From assembly GCA_951406725.2 (NCBI GenBank), contig OX597823.1:82646001-82710000 (forward strand): a DNA stretch of 64,000 nucleotides. The letters run 5' to 3'. Shown here piece by piece: positions 1-13,405 of this stretch. The DNA is from Octopus vulgaris (taxonomy: Eukaryota). The notes under the pieces are model-generated. The model saw only the letters and a program-made list of their open reading frames with translations, had not been told where the DNA came from and did not search any database. Position 1 is the first letter of the stretch, and each line of letters begins with the position of its first letter. Both the position numbers and the translations under genes were made by a program.

Positions 1-879
1 ATTATGTACCGGATTAAAAAAATGAAATAATAAACGATAGAACGATACTGATCCCATTAGAGCAGAAACTGAGTGCCAAAGAAATAAACGTTGTATCATA
101 CATAAATCATATCCAGTAAAGCATCATTTAGACGTAGATCCAAATTCCGTTTGAGATGGTTAAAGACGCCATGTAGCCATCGATCACCACTGTTTTCAAC
201 GATCTTTACATTCCATTCAAATGATTGAATGGAGCGTAAAGAAGACTTCAGTGAAATGTTAAATACGAAACTAAATTTTCAAAAGCTTCCAATTTGCTGT
301 TTACTGTTTCTATCAATTCTCTGATCTTTTTCAATATTATAATATTAGTACCATAACGGAAAAGTCCTCGACCATACACTTCAAAAATATTTTTGCAACT
401 AGCATCAAATTTGCTTACTGTTGTTGGTATTTTTGTTACTGGCTGTGGTGATGGTGATAGTAATGTTCATAAGGTTGTAACGCTAATTTTTGACTACCTC
501 TTCCATTTTTCTCACAGTAACAATTCAGCGATTGCTTAAATATGGAAGTATATCGGAAGCAGACTGAAGTCGTATATCCGACATGACAACTAGACATAAT
601 AATGTAATCTAGCTGGCTGCGGAGGAGGACTGGGAGGGAAAGAAGACTAAACCACAGAGACAGCTTACGAGTTGATGACATAGATTGTAGGATTCTGACA
701 GTGACTTGTTCGTAAAGGCAGCCAAATTTTGTGGCTACAAATGTAATGACGGGTACTTTTGTAGGTTTATAATTTGAGTGGCGATTGTTTTTATTGTTGC
801 CCTTGGTGGTGAGGATGTTCTTGTTAAAGTTTAGGCCTATATTACCGATAATCCTACAGACTATCTTTTTTATCTTCTT

Positions 880-975
880 TAATTACGTGTTTCCGTCAAG
901 GGACTGCGACCATGCTGAGGCATTTCCTTGAAAGTTTTAGTCGAACGAATCGCCTCAATTACTTATTTTTAAATG
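880..975 (-). mobile_element. 3' fragment of tRNA-derived SINE family C
   Basis: Diverged reverse complement of the tail CCAGCATGGCCGCAGTC...GACTGAAAC seen in the full copy at 21041-21448. Confidence 0.6.
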
Positions 976-1264
976 TCCCTCTATCTCATCGGTTCAGCAA
1001 AATAGACCGTCAGAAAAAGTGTCACGTGAAATTTCATTGCTTTCTTCACTATATCGATCGAGCGAAATGGGATTCATTCATAGGCTTGTTAGTATAATAT
1101 TTAGATGCTGTTTATGTTAATAATTACATTGACGGTATTAATGAAGATTGTAGTACTGAGGTTGGTGCCAATGAAATTGATATTAATGAGGGTGTTGATG
1201 ATGCTGTTAATGATAATGACGATGTCGATAACAACGACTACGACGACGACGATGATGATGAGGA

Positions 1265-1380
1265 TTACGTTGGATTTTGCTGACCTAACTGCCCAAAACG
1301 ATGAAAAAGAAAAAAAAAACGTTGGGTTATGTTGGATTTTGCTAACCTAACTGCGCAAAGCGATGAAGAAAGAAAACGTT
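1265..1380. repeat. Diverged ~60-bp tandem duplication
   Basis: TTAYGTTGGATTTTGCTRACCTAACTGCSCAAARCGATGAARAA occurs at ~1265 and ~1327. Confidence 0.85.
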
Positions 1381-1660
1381 TCAACCTGCCTATGTTTTAT
1401 GACTGTAGGACTGACTGCTTTATCCAACGCCTTCATTTTACATTGAAGACGGCAATTCTTAAGTAGAAGTAGATTTAGCTGCGATTTCTACCAAAAGAAG
1501 TAACCACGTAGAGATTCTCATTGATGTTGCTGCTTTTTTAGCCATAGGTGAAACTTAATTCAGCAGAAATGATTTCTACTGCCCGCTTTCCTTTATACAA
1601 GGATAACGTATCTAGCATAGCGTTGTGTGAAATGTATTTCATAATTTTATTAATTTAATA

Positions 1661-1869
1661 TTACGGAGATGTAATTGCATAGCAAGTGACCTGATATGAG
1701 ATCGTGTGCTGGAACGAAAACAATTGCAGCGTGGAAGATGTTTATAAGCCATTTAAGAAACACACAAAAACCCGTTAGATTTACTTCAACATTTAAATTT
1801 AATTTGCCAAAATATTTTCGCCGCTTTGAGACCACGACCTGTTTACTGAAAAAATTCAGTGCTGCATCT
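1661..1869 (-). mobile_element. Short dispersed repeat, probably Penelope-like (PLE)-derived, with degenerate G3:C8 hammerhead
   Basis: Reverse-complement homolog of 30876-31083 over ~205 bp; hammerhead fold at 1803-1853 with core GTAAACA. Confidence 0.7.
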
Positions 1870-2152
1870 CATGTTTGTATTAATTTGATAATTTTAGTAA
1901 TTTAGTAATTTGAAGACGATCGGATGTAATTTCAAGCAAATTTTGTGGTTATTCCTTGCTAACCAAGCTATCAGATTGAAGTCACTGTACTGATGATGGC
2001 CAGGATAACTGAGGGTGATAAGATGGTAGTCGGAAAAGTAGACTTACAATCTTACAGGTGTATGCGTGTATGTGTGCCTCAGTCTGTGTATATGTATGCA
2101 TGAATGATTCACACACACACGCACACATACTATATATATATATATATATATG

Positions 2153-2524
2153 CTAGCAGTATTGCCCGGCGTTGCTCTGGTTTGTTTCGACCCTTTAGAA
2201 TTGGAATTTTTGAAAAGTAAAAATTTTGCATTATGTAGCTTGTTATTCTCTTTAAGTGAACATTTTTCTGACTGAAATACACCGAAAGATGACACAGCAG
2301 TCAAAAAATCGTAAAAAATAGGGATTTTCATAGAAAAAAAGCACCATTTTGGTGTAACTAATTTTTGGTGTTAACATGGTCCGATTTGAATTTTGTTTCC
2401 TACGGAATGAAGAGCAAGCCTTCGTCTATCATACTTTCAATTTTGGTCAACTTGCGCCGCAGGGTTTTGGAGGAGATAGTGTTAGTTGAAGGCTATCAAA
2501 CCTGCCACACACAGACATCTTCAG

Positions 2525-2530
<6 letters not shown>
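2153..2530 (-). mobile_element. Non-autonomous Helitron-like element
   Basis: Terminal CTAG with adjacent GC-rich hairpin (CTAGCAGTATTGCCCGGCGTTGCTCTGG); other end runs into (TA)n; no TIR or TSD. Confidence 0.55.
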
Positions 2531-2566
<36 letters not shown>

Positions 2567-2611
2567 GAGACAAACGCTCAGGATGTTGTTAATCCATTTA
2601 TATCATGAAGC

Positions 2612-2696
2612 CCTCTACATACGTTTCGACGGGGTGCACTCCGAAATGTCCGGCAGGATAAATAACGGTCAGCAGTACACCGATCTCTTCAGAAGG
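2612..2696 (-). ncRNA. Type I hammerhead ribozyme motif (C3:G8) in a TA-flanked PLE-like repeat (~2563-2820)
   Basis: Minus strand: CCTT-CTGAAGA-[GATCGGTGTAC...GTGCACCCCGTC stem II]-GAA-ACGTATGT-A-GAGG. Confidence 0.75.
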
Positions 2697-2816
2697 TTTA
2701 TGATAACAAGCTCATCAAATAAACATGTTATCATAGCTAAGAGTTGTTTTAACTCTTATTTAGCTACATAGTAATTGTTCTCTTGGATTTCTCCTATTAA
2801 TTATAAATTCGCTCTC

Positions 2817-2874
<58 letters not shown>

Positions 2875-3379
2875 GGTTTAAGTAATTGAGATTCAAGTGA
2901 ATTCTAATGAATTCACATGAATATGGTCCTTAACTAGGATGCACCGGAAATCTATATGGTGTTAACCATACGACAAGTGGGGTGATTACAAATAGGAAAA
3001 ATCCATTCTTGTTGCTTTTTTGCTATATATATATAATTCATTAAGGTAGCTAGTCACTAATTGAGACAAAAATGCACAACTAAAACGCCACTAAAAGGGA
3101 CTAAAGGTGTAATAAGAGCTAAAACAATTCTTAGCCACAGACAGAACATTTTCTGTTACAAAAGCACTTATCGATCGACTAATAAGGCAAACAAGCTCCC
3201 TAAGCAAGCGAGGGCGTCATATCGAGATGATTTCGGATCAAATTAATCCTCCCTTGTCACTTGATAGATAAGTGCTTCTGTAACAGGAAATGTTCTGCTC
3301 CTGGCTAAGAGTTGTTTTAACTCTTATTTCTGGCAATGTTAGTGCTTACTTGCACCCTTCGTCACTTTAACTGACGTTT

Positions 3380-3593
3380 ATATACTTACATCCGTACATA
3401 CATACCTATATATTTGTATATATGTATGTATGTGCTCAACTAATTATATATATATATATTTACGTAAACAGATGCATATATGTGTGTGTATATATATATA
3501 TGTATATATATATAAACATATATATACATACATATATATATTCATATATATACATACATATATATATTCATATATATACGTACATATATATGC

Positions 3594-3632
<39 letters not shown>

Positions 3633-3690
3633 AACATATATGTGTATGTATACATGCATACATACATTATGCGTATATATATATATATAC

Positions 3691-3740
<50 letters not shown>

Positions 3741-3870
3741 ATACATACATATATATATATATACCACGCGCGCACATGTATGTGCGTTTGTATGAATATA
3801 TGTGTGTAAGTATATATGCATATACGTGTACATGTGTATGTATGTATGTATGTATGCATGTATATAATAT
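3380..3870. repeat. Compound (TA)/(TG)/(TACA) microsatellite field
   Basis: Direct reading; source of the YIYI ORFs. Confidence 0.95.
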
Positions 3871-4480
3871 TAAGGAATATGAGCCTAGGCATGCGATCAA
3901 CGAATAATTTATGAATAGCAAATGTACACAGATCTTATATCCTTATATTACAGTTAATCCAGTGCAAATTTTCTTTGCGTTTCTCTGACAGCCAGATACG
4001 TTTATTTCATATAATCTTCAACGGGTTAAAAGACCTATCAAACATAGATCAGGTACTAAGGTAAATAATAACAATTCATTACGTGATATTCAATATTTGT
4101 TTGGGATAATACTGGAACCTAAGTACCACTTACTATGTCAACAGGGATTTCACTTTATGGTTATGTATGTGTGCGTGTCTCTGTGTGTAGAATATGGTTA
4201 CGTAATACAATTATAGTGCATGAGTATATTTCAGTGAGTTTAAGTTTTATATTTTGTATTGTCTAACGTGTCAGGACATGCATACACTTATCCCTTTCTC
4301 TTATATTATCTCAAATAATATGCTCAGATGCTATATACTGCTTTCTCTCACATTTGCTAAGTGTGTATGTGTGATTCTCTCCGTCTGTGTACGTGTATGA
4401 ATGTATGCGAATATATATGGATGGAATATCTTTTCAGGGAATGTGGTTGATGGAAACAATGTGGAAATCCGTCGTGTATA

Positions 4481-5534
4481 CGAGGGAAAAACAAAAGTTA
4501 TCCGCACTTTCGCCATAAAATATCTTTAGTATTGTCACACTGTGGAGGCGCAATGATCCAGTGGTTTGGGCAGCGGACTCGCGGTCGTAGGATCGCGGTT
4601 TCGATTCCCAGACCGGGTGTTGTGAATGTTTATTGAGCGAAAACACCTAAAAGCTCCACGGGGCTCCGGCACTGGGTGGCGGCGAACCCTGCTGTACTCT
4701 TTCACTACAGCTTTCTCTCACTCTTTTTTCCTGTTTCTGTTGTACGTGTATTTCAAAGGGCCAGGCCTGTCACACTCTGTGTCACGCTTAATCTCCTTGA
4801 GAACAACGTTAAGGGTACAGTTGCCTGTGAAGTACTCAGCAACTTGCACGTTAATTTCACGAGGAGGCTTTTTCCGTTGATCGGATCAACTGGAACCTTC
4901 GTCGTCGGAACGCCACGATTGTCACACCGCCTTCTGCACATGCATACTTTTAGTTGGTACTAATGCGGTCACATGATCTAAGTTTGAGCCTGATTGTGCC
5001 ATATTTCTTTCTGGCTTTACAGTGTAAGCAGGGCTGCTCTATTAGCAATGTACACCAAAAAAGAACAAAGAGCAGTTATCTGATTTCTCTGGTCGGAATG
5101 TGCGTCAGGTGCTGAAATTCATCGGAGTTTTTTAGCACAACATGGGGACAGTGCACTATCGCGTAGAAATGTGTATGAGTGGATCGAGAAGTTTAAAAGT
5201 AGCCGGACAAGAGTGACACACAAAGAGGGAGCAGGACACCCGTCAACCTCCACCACTGACGAGAAGATTGAGCAAACTCGAGAGATGGTAATGGCGAACC
5301 AGTTCACCATTACCATCTCTCGGATTACTGTTCTTTGTTCTTCTTTGGTGCACATTGCTAGTGGAGCGGCCATGCTTACACAGTAAAGCAGAAAGGAAAA
5401 TAGCGCGATTAGGCTCAACCTTGGATCACGTGATCACAATAGTACTAACTATAAGTAGGCATGCGCAGAAGGCAGTGTGACGATAATAAAGATATGTTAT
5501 GGCGAAAGTGCGGATAATTTTTGACTTCCTCTCG
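4481..5534 (+). mobile_element. Defective mariner transposon made of two inverted 5' ends, with transposase N-terminal HTH remnant
   Basis: TA-CGAGGG...TTATCCGCACTTTCGCCATAA mirrored at 5497-5534; 5049-5300 reads MYTKKEQRAVI*FLWSECASGAEIHR...RRNVYEWIEKFKSSRTRVTHKEGAGHPSTSTTDEKIEQTREMV, a mariner HTH region. Confidence 0.85.
4543..4917 (+). mobile_element. Full-length tRNA-derived SINE (family A) nested in the mariner
   Basis: tRNA-like head with A/B boxes (TGATCCAGTGG...GGTTTCGATTCCC); target-site duplication ATTGTCACAC at 4531-4540 and 4918-4927. Confidence 0.9.
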
Positions 5535-5718
5535 TCGCACCGAATGCACATATATTTATATATCGTTAAATACACATAGTAGTTAACTATGAGTTACTAA
5601 TAGTTTTCTTAGTAGCTCATATTTAACTGTGTATCATAAATGATATTTATCTCTCACTGAGTAGAGTACTTCTTTTGTTGATGCAATCTACAACGAAAAT
5701 TGTATATTTACATATATT

Positions 5719-6044
5719 AGGAGCACTCCGTCGGTTGCGACGATGAGTGTCTCAGCTGATACTATCAACGGAACAGCTTGCTTGTGAAATTAACGTGTAA
5801 GTGGCTGAGCATGCCACAAACACGTGTATCCTTAACGTAGTTCTCGGGGAGATTCAGTGTGACACAGTGTGACAAGGCTGACCCTTTGAAATACAGGTAC
5901 TACTCATTTTTGCTAGCTGAGTGGACTGGAGCAACGTGAAATAAAGTGTCTTGCTCAAGGATACAACGCGCCGCCGGGAATTGAACTCACGAACTTATGA
6001 TCATGAGCCGAATGCCCCTAACCTCTAAGCCACGCGCCTTCACA
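5719..6044 (-). mobile_element. SINE family A-related copy
   Basis: Shares body and tail with 4543-4917 in reverse orientation; tRNA-like head at ~5975-6044. Confidence 0.85.
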
Positions 6045-6099
6045 TACACATACATACATACATACATACATACATACATACATACATACATACATACAT

Positions 6100-7960
6100 A
6101 CTCTACTAAATTAATAGAAATCACAAGTCGCTGGATAGAACACTTCTCCGAACTCCTAAACCATTAGTCAGTTGGGGATAAAACAGTGATTGATACAATG
6201 CAACAAAAACCCATCATTGGTTCCTTAAATTCCACGCCCTCAGTAGATGAGGTAATCACATCAATAAGTAAATTGAATCTTGGTAGGGTACCTGGAAAGG
6301 ATGGAATTTATGTTGTGGTCTTGCGATTTGGTGGTGATTACATCATACAGTACCTTCATGAACTTATTAGTGCAGTCTGGAGGGATGGTGCAATGCCTAA
6401 GGACTGGAAAGATGTAACTGTTCTTTCTCTCTATAAAGGAAAAGGTGCCAGAACGATGTGTGGTAACTACAGAGGTATTGCTCTACTATCAGCTCCTGGC
6501 AAGCTTCTGGCAAAGATGCTTCTTACTCGCCTGAGTGAGTGTCTCGTAAATGATGTCCTATCTGAATCTTAATGTAGCTTCCGATCTGGTAGAGGGACAA
6601 CGGATATCATTTCCACAGCAAGGCAGAAGCAGGAGAAGGGCTATAAGCAGAATATGGATCTTGTTCAAGTATTCATTGATTTAACGAAGGCTTTTGATAC
6701 CGTGAATAGGGCCTTGCTATGGAAAATACTTGGCAAACTTGGATGTCCGGATCACTTTGTATCTATAATTAAATCATTTCATGATGGGATGGAAGCTTTG
6801 GTCAATGTTGGTGGTAGTATGGCGGGATCCATTTCTGTAGAGAATAGTGTCAAGCAGGGTTGACATCGTTGCCCCAATTCTCTTTTCTTTGTTCTTTGCT
6901 GCTGCTTTTACTCATGTTTTTGCTAAGGTTAGCTCTCTGGGAATATATGTCGGCCTCTTTAATCTGCGCCAATTTACTGCCAATTCAAAAGTTTTCCAGT
7001 CTCTTATTCGTGACTTCCTTTATGCAGATGACTTTGACATACAAATGGAAGACATACAAATACTTATGAATCGTATTTCTGATTCTTGCAAGGCATTTGA
7101 ACTCAGCATTAGCCTGGACAAGAATGTTGTAATGTTCCAGCCTGCACCAAGAAATCCATATGTGGAACCAGCGATCTTGGTTGAAGAAACAATTTTGAAA
7201 GTGGTAGACAATTTTGTCTACGTGAGCAGCACATTCAGCCGTTCTTGCTCCCTGTGTCTTGCCCCAGTATGGCATCACAAAGCAAACAAAAATTTCTGTG
7301 TACCGTACATGTGTACTAACATCGCTCCTTTATTCATGTAGGAGATGGACCCTTTACAAACGACATGTAAGGGTCCTTGAACGCTTTCTTCAGAGATGTC
7401 TCAGACACATTCTCAATGTTGGCTGGGCCTTAAAAACTTCAGACGCACAGGTCCTCAGGACAGCTGATATCTTGAGTATTGAGGTGATGGTGCACAAGCA
7501 CCGGTTATGTTGAACTGGACACCTTATTAATATGAATGATATCATGATTCCTAAGCAGATGCTATATGGGGAACTTGTGAATGGAAAGAGACCTCGGTAG
7601 AAACCAGGACTGCGATTTAAGTCCTCATAAAAAGGATAAAAGGCCTGTGATATGCAAGAGAATGACTGGGAGAACAATGCTTATCATCGCCACAGATAGA
7701 GGAAGCTGGTTAAGGAGGGGTCGACACTTTTGAGAGAGTATGTATTCTGCATGAAGAACTTAAGCGGGCTGCTCGAAATCGCACTACTAGTGTAGTGAAT
7801 GGAAGCTTAGCTTGCAATGTTTGCAGTTGTGCATGCTTGTCAAGAGCAGGGCTCATTAGCCACCAACGGAGCCACAAATGCGAAATATAAGTTAGTCCTA
7901 GATCGCACAATGTTCCTGAAGGTCAGCAAAGGTCTTTCTCGGTCACGAGTGGACGGCCAT
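6100..7960 (+). mobile_element. 5'-truncated, decayed RTE-clade LINE (reverse transcriptase ORF remnants)
   Basis: Motifs PGKDGI, PKDWKD, LYKGKG...CGNYRGIALLS, FIDLTKAFDTVNR, VKQG, FLYADD, PKQMLYGEL; several stops and frameshifts. Confidence 0.93.
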
Positions 7961-7982
7961 CATATATATATATGTATGTATG

Positions 7983-8066
<84 letters not shown>

Positions 8067-9194
8067 TGCATGTATGTAGACACACGCACATATATTTGTA
8101 TAGATATGTATAAACACACACACAAACGCACGCAGCAACACAAACATAAATTTCGGTTGTAATCATATTAATCTTGAATTACAGAACCCTATTTAAAAAA
8201 AAGAAATGGGTGTGATCTGAAAGAGAGATACATTTGCTGTAATTAATAGTTTACATAACTACATAGAAAACCCTTCGTTTGCCTTTTCGAGGAACGGTTA
8301 GGCAGTATATACTGACATCAAGAATTTCAGTTTAGTTTGCTTAGAATAGTATTGACGTTGAAAAGACGTGGGCTTCCTACATTATGTCCTTGCTTTAGTC
8401 CTTGCTTTAGAAATAGGGGCTGTGTACTATTAATAAAAATAAAAAAAAAACTTATCTTCAGCAAAATTATAGCGTTGGTTGGGAGTAGGGTTGGTGTTCG
8501 TGGGTGGGAGGCGAATATTTTTTTAATGATTTTTTTTTTCCATTTTACAGCTTTCGTCGCCTATTCTATTCTGACCGGTTATTAAATCGAATGATTCCTC
8601 TAAAATAGTTTAAAGAAGGCAACACGCCAGCGTTTAAACAAGATTTGCCAGGAAATATAATCTGGCCAGCCACTGCACCAAAAACAAAACAAAACAACAA
8701 CGACAAAAACAAAAACAACAACAACAAAAACAACAGAAACAAAACGCGATGTAAAATGCGTCACCTTTCATCTCAACAACTTGATTTGGAAACTTTATTC
8801 AAATATAACCTAACTTGCATGTTTCGTTAACCTTCTTTGGTAAGGAAGATGAGAAACACACAGGCGCACATACATGCATAACGCAAACACACACATATAT
8901 ATGCAGCAAAACTCAAATACACACACATGCATATGCATATACATGCATATATATATATGTAAATTCATATACGTATGTGCGTATATGTACAGATGTGCAT
9001 GTGTATGTATGCATATATATATACATGTATGTATACGTATGTGCGTGTGTGTGTGGTTGTGTGTGCGTGCGTGTGTGTATGTGTGATTCTGCATCGTTAA
9101 ATATATTTATTGCCTACTCAATACATGATTTAGAGTATAAAATAAAGCAAATATTGGCAATGGGTCCCTAGTTTCGCCTGTGGAGTCATATTTT

Positions 9195-9380
9195 TGTAGT
9201 GAAAAGAAATAACGACTTCTTCTAAATTTTTGGGTATGTGGTGAAGCAACTTGTTGCTAAACCCTTAATTATTGTTATAATCATATATAAAAAACTTTTT
9301 GTATAAGTCTTTACAGAATATGGTTCTTTTCCATACCGAAACTACTTGGTAAAATTTATTAATTATTATATTAAATTAAT
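9195..9380 (+). mobile_element. PLE-like repeat fragment, same family as 16660-17020
   Basis: Reverse-complement match to ~16675-16830; hammerhead-like junction at 9310-9353. Confidence 0.65.
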
Positions 9381-9408
9381 AATTTTTTATCTTCTATCTA
9401 TCTATCTA

Positions 9409-9468
<60 letters not shown>

Positions 9469-10374
9469 GAAGAGGGGAGAGAAAAAGAGAGAAAGAAAAG
9501 AAACAAAGAGAGTAGAAAAGAAATTTTCGCCGACAAAATATTTAACAGAATGATGAGCGGGTAGATCGATTTTCCTTACTATTGCTAATCAAGCACATTG
9601 CGATGACGTTAGTCTCATTTCAAAAGAGTCAAACATCATACAATCCTCTGGGTCTGTTTAGTTTTGAAAGCAATCACTGCGTAACGGCAGTGAGTACATA
9701 AGAACATTAAAGCTATGAAATTACGCTATTTAGTTTCGTCCTTCTACAGTCTGAATTCGGGTCCCACTGGTGTCAATTTAAAGATAAATTACCCATAGGG
9801 CCGATAGAGTAAATACTGGTTATGCACTAGGTTAGATTTCATTGATTCACACCCACTACTTCAATGAAAATTATTTGGCGTTTTACCTAACTAGAAGAAA
9901 TCGATACGGGGTAACAGAGATATAGCGGGAGTTGTACTGTAGAAGGTAAGTTTTCTAGAGTCTGAGCTCCCAAACTGGTTTCGAATCACAGTTATAGTTA
10001 ATTGTTTTGACACCAATCAATGTACTTTTAGAAATGATTAAGCTGTAGGTTCATGTGCCGAATCAATATATAAAGTCAATAATATGCAAGAAAAACAAAA
10101 ATGAGGGATTATTTGAGAATGCTAAGTTGGTGGTGCTTCGAGGCAAAAAAAAATTTCACTTGATATCCAGTTCTAGTAATTTTGTTAGAGATCGGCTTAA
10201 AAGTTCACAAGATTTGTTACATTTGGGCTACGATTTTTCTAAAGATTTTATTAGGTTTTTAGACATTTTTTCTTTCTATTTGATACAAGATCATCAGGTG
10301 TTTGAGAAGAGGTAAAATTTATTCAAATTTCAAAAACAATAAACAGCGATCGACTCGGAACTTGTACATTCATA

Positions 10375-10470
<96 letters not shown>

Positions 10471-10989
10471 TGTGCGTGCGTGTGCGTGTTCAGAAGATCA
10501 CTCACAAACCCTCCAACAGACCCGGATCAGAGTAGACTCTTCCGCCCTTTAGCTTCTCATCTATCAGAAGCTAACACCAACAAAATCTGCAATCTAATAA
10601 CTACTGGGTTTCTGGCACTTGTAACATCAGACCAATACAAGTTTCAAGGATGAGGAAGTGGAACTGATGACTGACTTTGACTGAACTATGCCCATTATAA
10701 TAATGGTCATTTCGCCGTGGTCAACTTTGCTTTTATCCTTCCGAAGTCGATAAAACAAATAGCAACAGCACAGTGGGGTCGATGTAATCGACTAGCCATT
10801 CTCCTCACAAATTTCAGGTCTTGTTCCTAGAGTAGACAGGATTATAATAATAATTGTGCAAGTTGTTCTGCAAAGCTAAACCTCTGCATCAGCACCATCA
10901 TGCTTTATTCATAAGTCCTGTGTTGATAAGGAAAAAGGCGACGGTGACAGGTAGGGGATGCATTACGAAGTCTTCAGCTTTGAACAAGA

Positions 10990-11372
10990 TCGTCGTGGCG
11001 CTCCGTCGGTTACGAAAACAAGGGTTCCAGTTGATCCGATCAACTGAAAAGCCTGCTCATGAAATTAACGTATAAGTGGCTGAGCACTCCACAGACACGT
11101 GTACTCTTAACGTAGTTCTCGGGGAGATTCAGCGTGACACAAAGTGTGACAAGGCTGGCAATTTGGAATACAGGTACAACAGAAACAGGAAGAAAGAACG
11201 AGAGACAGTTATGGTGAAAGTGTGCAGCAGGGTTCGCCACCACTGCCTCGTGGGGCGTTTAGGTGTTTTTGCTCAATAAACACTCACAGCGCCTGGTCTG
11301 GGAATCGAAACCGCGATCCAGCCTATGACCGCGAGTCCGCTGCCCTAATAACTGGGCCATGGCATCTCCACT
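10990..11372 (-). mobile_element. SINE family A copy
   Basis: Full-length reverse match to 4543-4917. Confidence 0.9.
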
Positions 11373-12951
11373 GTTTGAACCAGATAACGTGCGGCCTTAG
11401 AGTTATGGTTGATTTTAGTTGAACACTCACTCGTCGAAAGACGTGAAGTCTCCCCTATGCGATTATATGGCAGATATGAGCAAAATATGGGATTACAACT
11501 ACACCATAACACTGAAAGGGCGTAGATAAGCCTTAACATTCCTGTCTTTATTTAATATCGAGGAAAAGTCAAGATTAGTAAATTATAATGCTCATCGCTT
11601 TCAAGCTGTTCCCAAAAACTACAGATTCGCTTCGACGGTAAACAAAGTTCCAACTAGTAAAAGTAACTGATGTCGCGATGTAGTTATTGCCCGGCGACTC
11701 TCGTACATCGGACTCTACGATGCTCACATCAGCTATTTTTAAATGCGGAATCAATAAGTAATCATAAATATAATATGATATTAAGCCTAAGATGCAAATA
11801 AGAAGTGACAGATAATCACATCTAAAAAAATAAAGCAAATGGTAATTACAAAAGATTTATCTTACAGCGGTGAAAATAAAGATGTTCCTGTACCGTTCTG
11901 ATTGATAGCGATTCTTTTAGGTTAATAACTATTACTAATTCGAGTGTTCTTTCCCCTGGCAAACCCGAGCTGGGATGGTGGTAGTAATAGTTGTGGCTGT
12001 ATGATGTAATTGTATTCAAATAATTGACAAAACGTTGCCCGTCGCCATATTTCTTTCGATATGAGTTAGCTGTTCGTTATTTTCGTAACATCAATTCAGT
12101 TTTCGGATCATCGTAAAATTGCTATTATTAGTGTAATTAAAACCAAATCTTTTTGTTTTTAGGTTTTATTTTACGTTAGTTTTTTTATTCTCTTAGGAGA
12201 AAACTTTTGAAACAAGTAGTGTTCTGTAGGGCTGAACGAATTTAAGACTTGAATCATTGAGTCTTAAGAAGAATGAAGGCCCTTTAGCCAATAATTCTCA
12301 TTTCCAAAACCTCCCAGGGACTTTAAAAAGCTTTCAAATTGAATGGAGTGGACATATTTGTCCTTGACAAGCTGCATGAGAAGCTATACTTTCAGGATAT
12401 GGTTTAAGAAACCCACTTTGTACATTGGACGAAGATCTAAACAGCGGTACATGCTTTTCAGCTTCATGTGAATTCCAATTATGAAATCTCTGAAGTTTGT
12501 TCTGCTTCTTATAAAACAACGTGTTTCTTCCTTAAGAATTCAATGCCAGTTTTGTAACAAGACAATTTTATTTCCTTGGACAAGTCAGTTAACAATGAAT
12601 AAATATTTTTCAAAACAACAACGCAAAAAAGCATGATCGATCTAGAGTCTGTAGGCAGAAACACATTTATTTCGTTTATTGTTATCATATAAAATATTAT
12701 ATTGATAGGCGACGGCAAAGTTCTCTTGCGGCGTTTAGTTATCAATAATCAATTTCTTCAATGTTGAGATCAAATCTTGCCAGAGTCTATATTGCTTATA
12801 ATGTTTCTAGACTGATAAATTAAGTTAAATACTGGGCGATTTTGCCTTCAGTGTAAACAAACTATTATTACAACAACATTATGTTTGTGTACATACATAC
12901 ATACATACATACATACATACATACATACACATACATACATACTAATGTACA

Positions 12952-13045
<94 letters not shown>

Positions 13046-13176
13046 CCCAGTGGGTCTGAACCCGTAACCATATTTGGAAAACAAACTTTTTACCACATGT
13101 CTGTGTTTTAAGAAGTGAAAAGTGATTTGAGGGAGAGCTCGGTTGTTTTCCTGGTCGGTCGAGCGACCATGTTGAC

Positions 13177-13405
13177 CAGTGGTTCTCATCTGGGGTCCAT
13201 ATGACCCTTGGTGTTCCATATGAAATTTTGTTGTTAGAAGTTTATCTGAAATGAATTCGTTATTCTTCTACAATGCAGAAACTATTTTAACAATTATTTT
13301 TATACAATTCTTAATAATATTTAATTACAAAATTACTATAGAATTTTCAAAACATGGAATGATTTATGAGGGCTCACCTGACTAAAATAAGAATCAAAGA
13401 GTCCT
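13177..13405. mobile_element. Truncated hAT (Charlie-like) MITE
   Basis: Begins CAGTGGTTCTCA with GGGGTCC/GACCC subterminal motifs; second TIR not found. Confidence 0.5.

Noticed and set aside
436-681. 81-aa minus ORF with a hydrophobic N-terminus and His run
   Set aside because: No recognisable domain or splice context; the His run comes from a CAC/CAT low-complexity tract
3422-3921. Long [12 protein letters not shown] ORFs here and throughout the ORF track
   Set aside because: Translations of microsatellites, open in several frames on both strands
4545-4620. tRNA-like sequence with A and B boxes (also ~36715-36770)
   Set aside because: SINE heads continuous with repeat bodies; no complete cloverleaf
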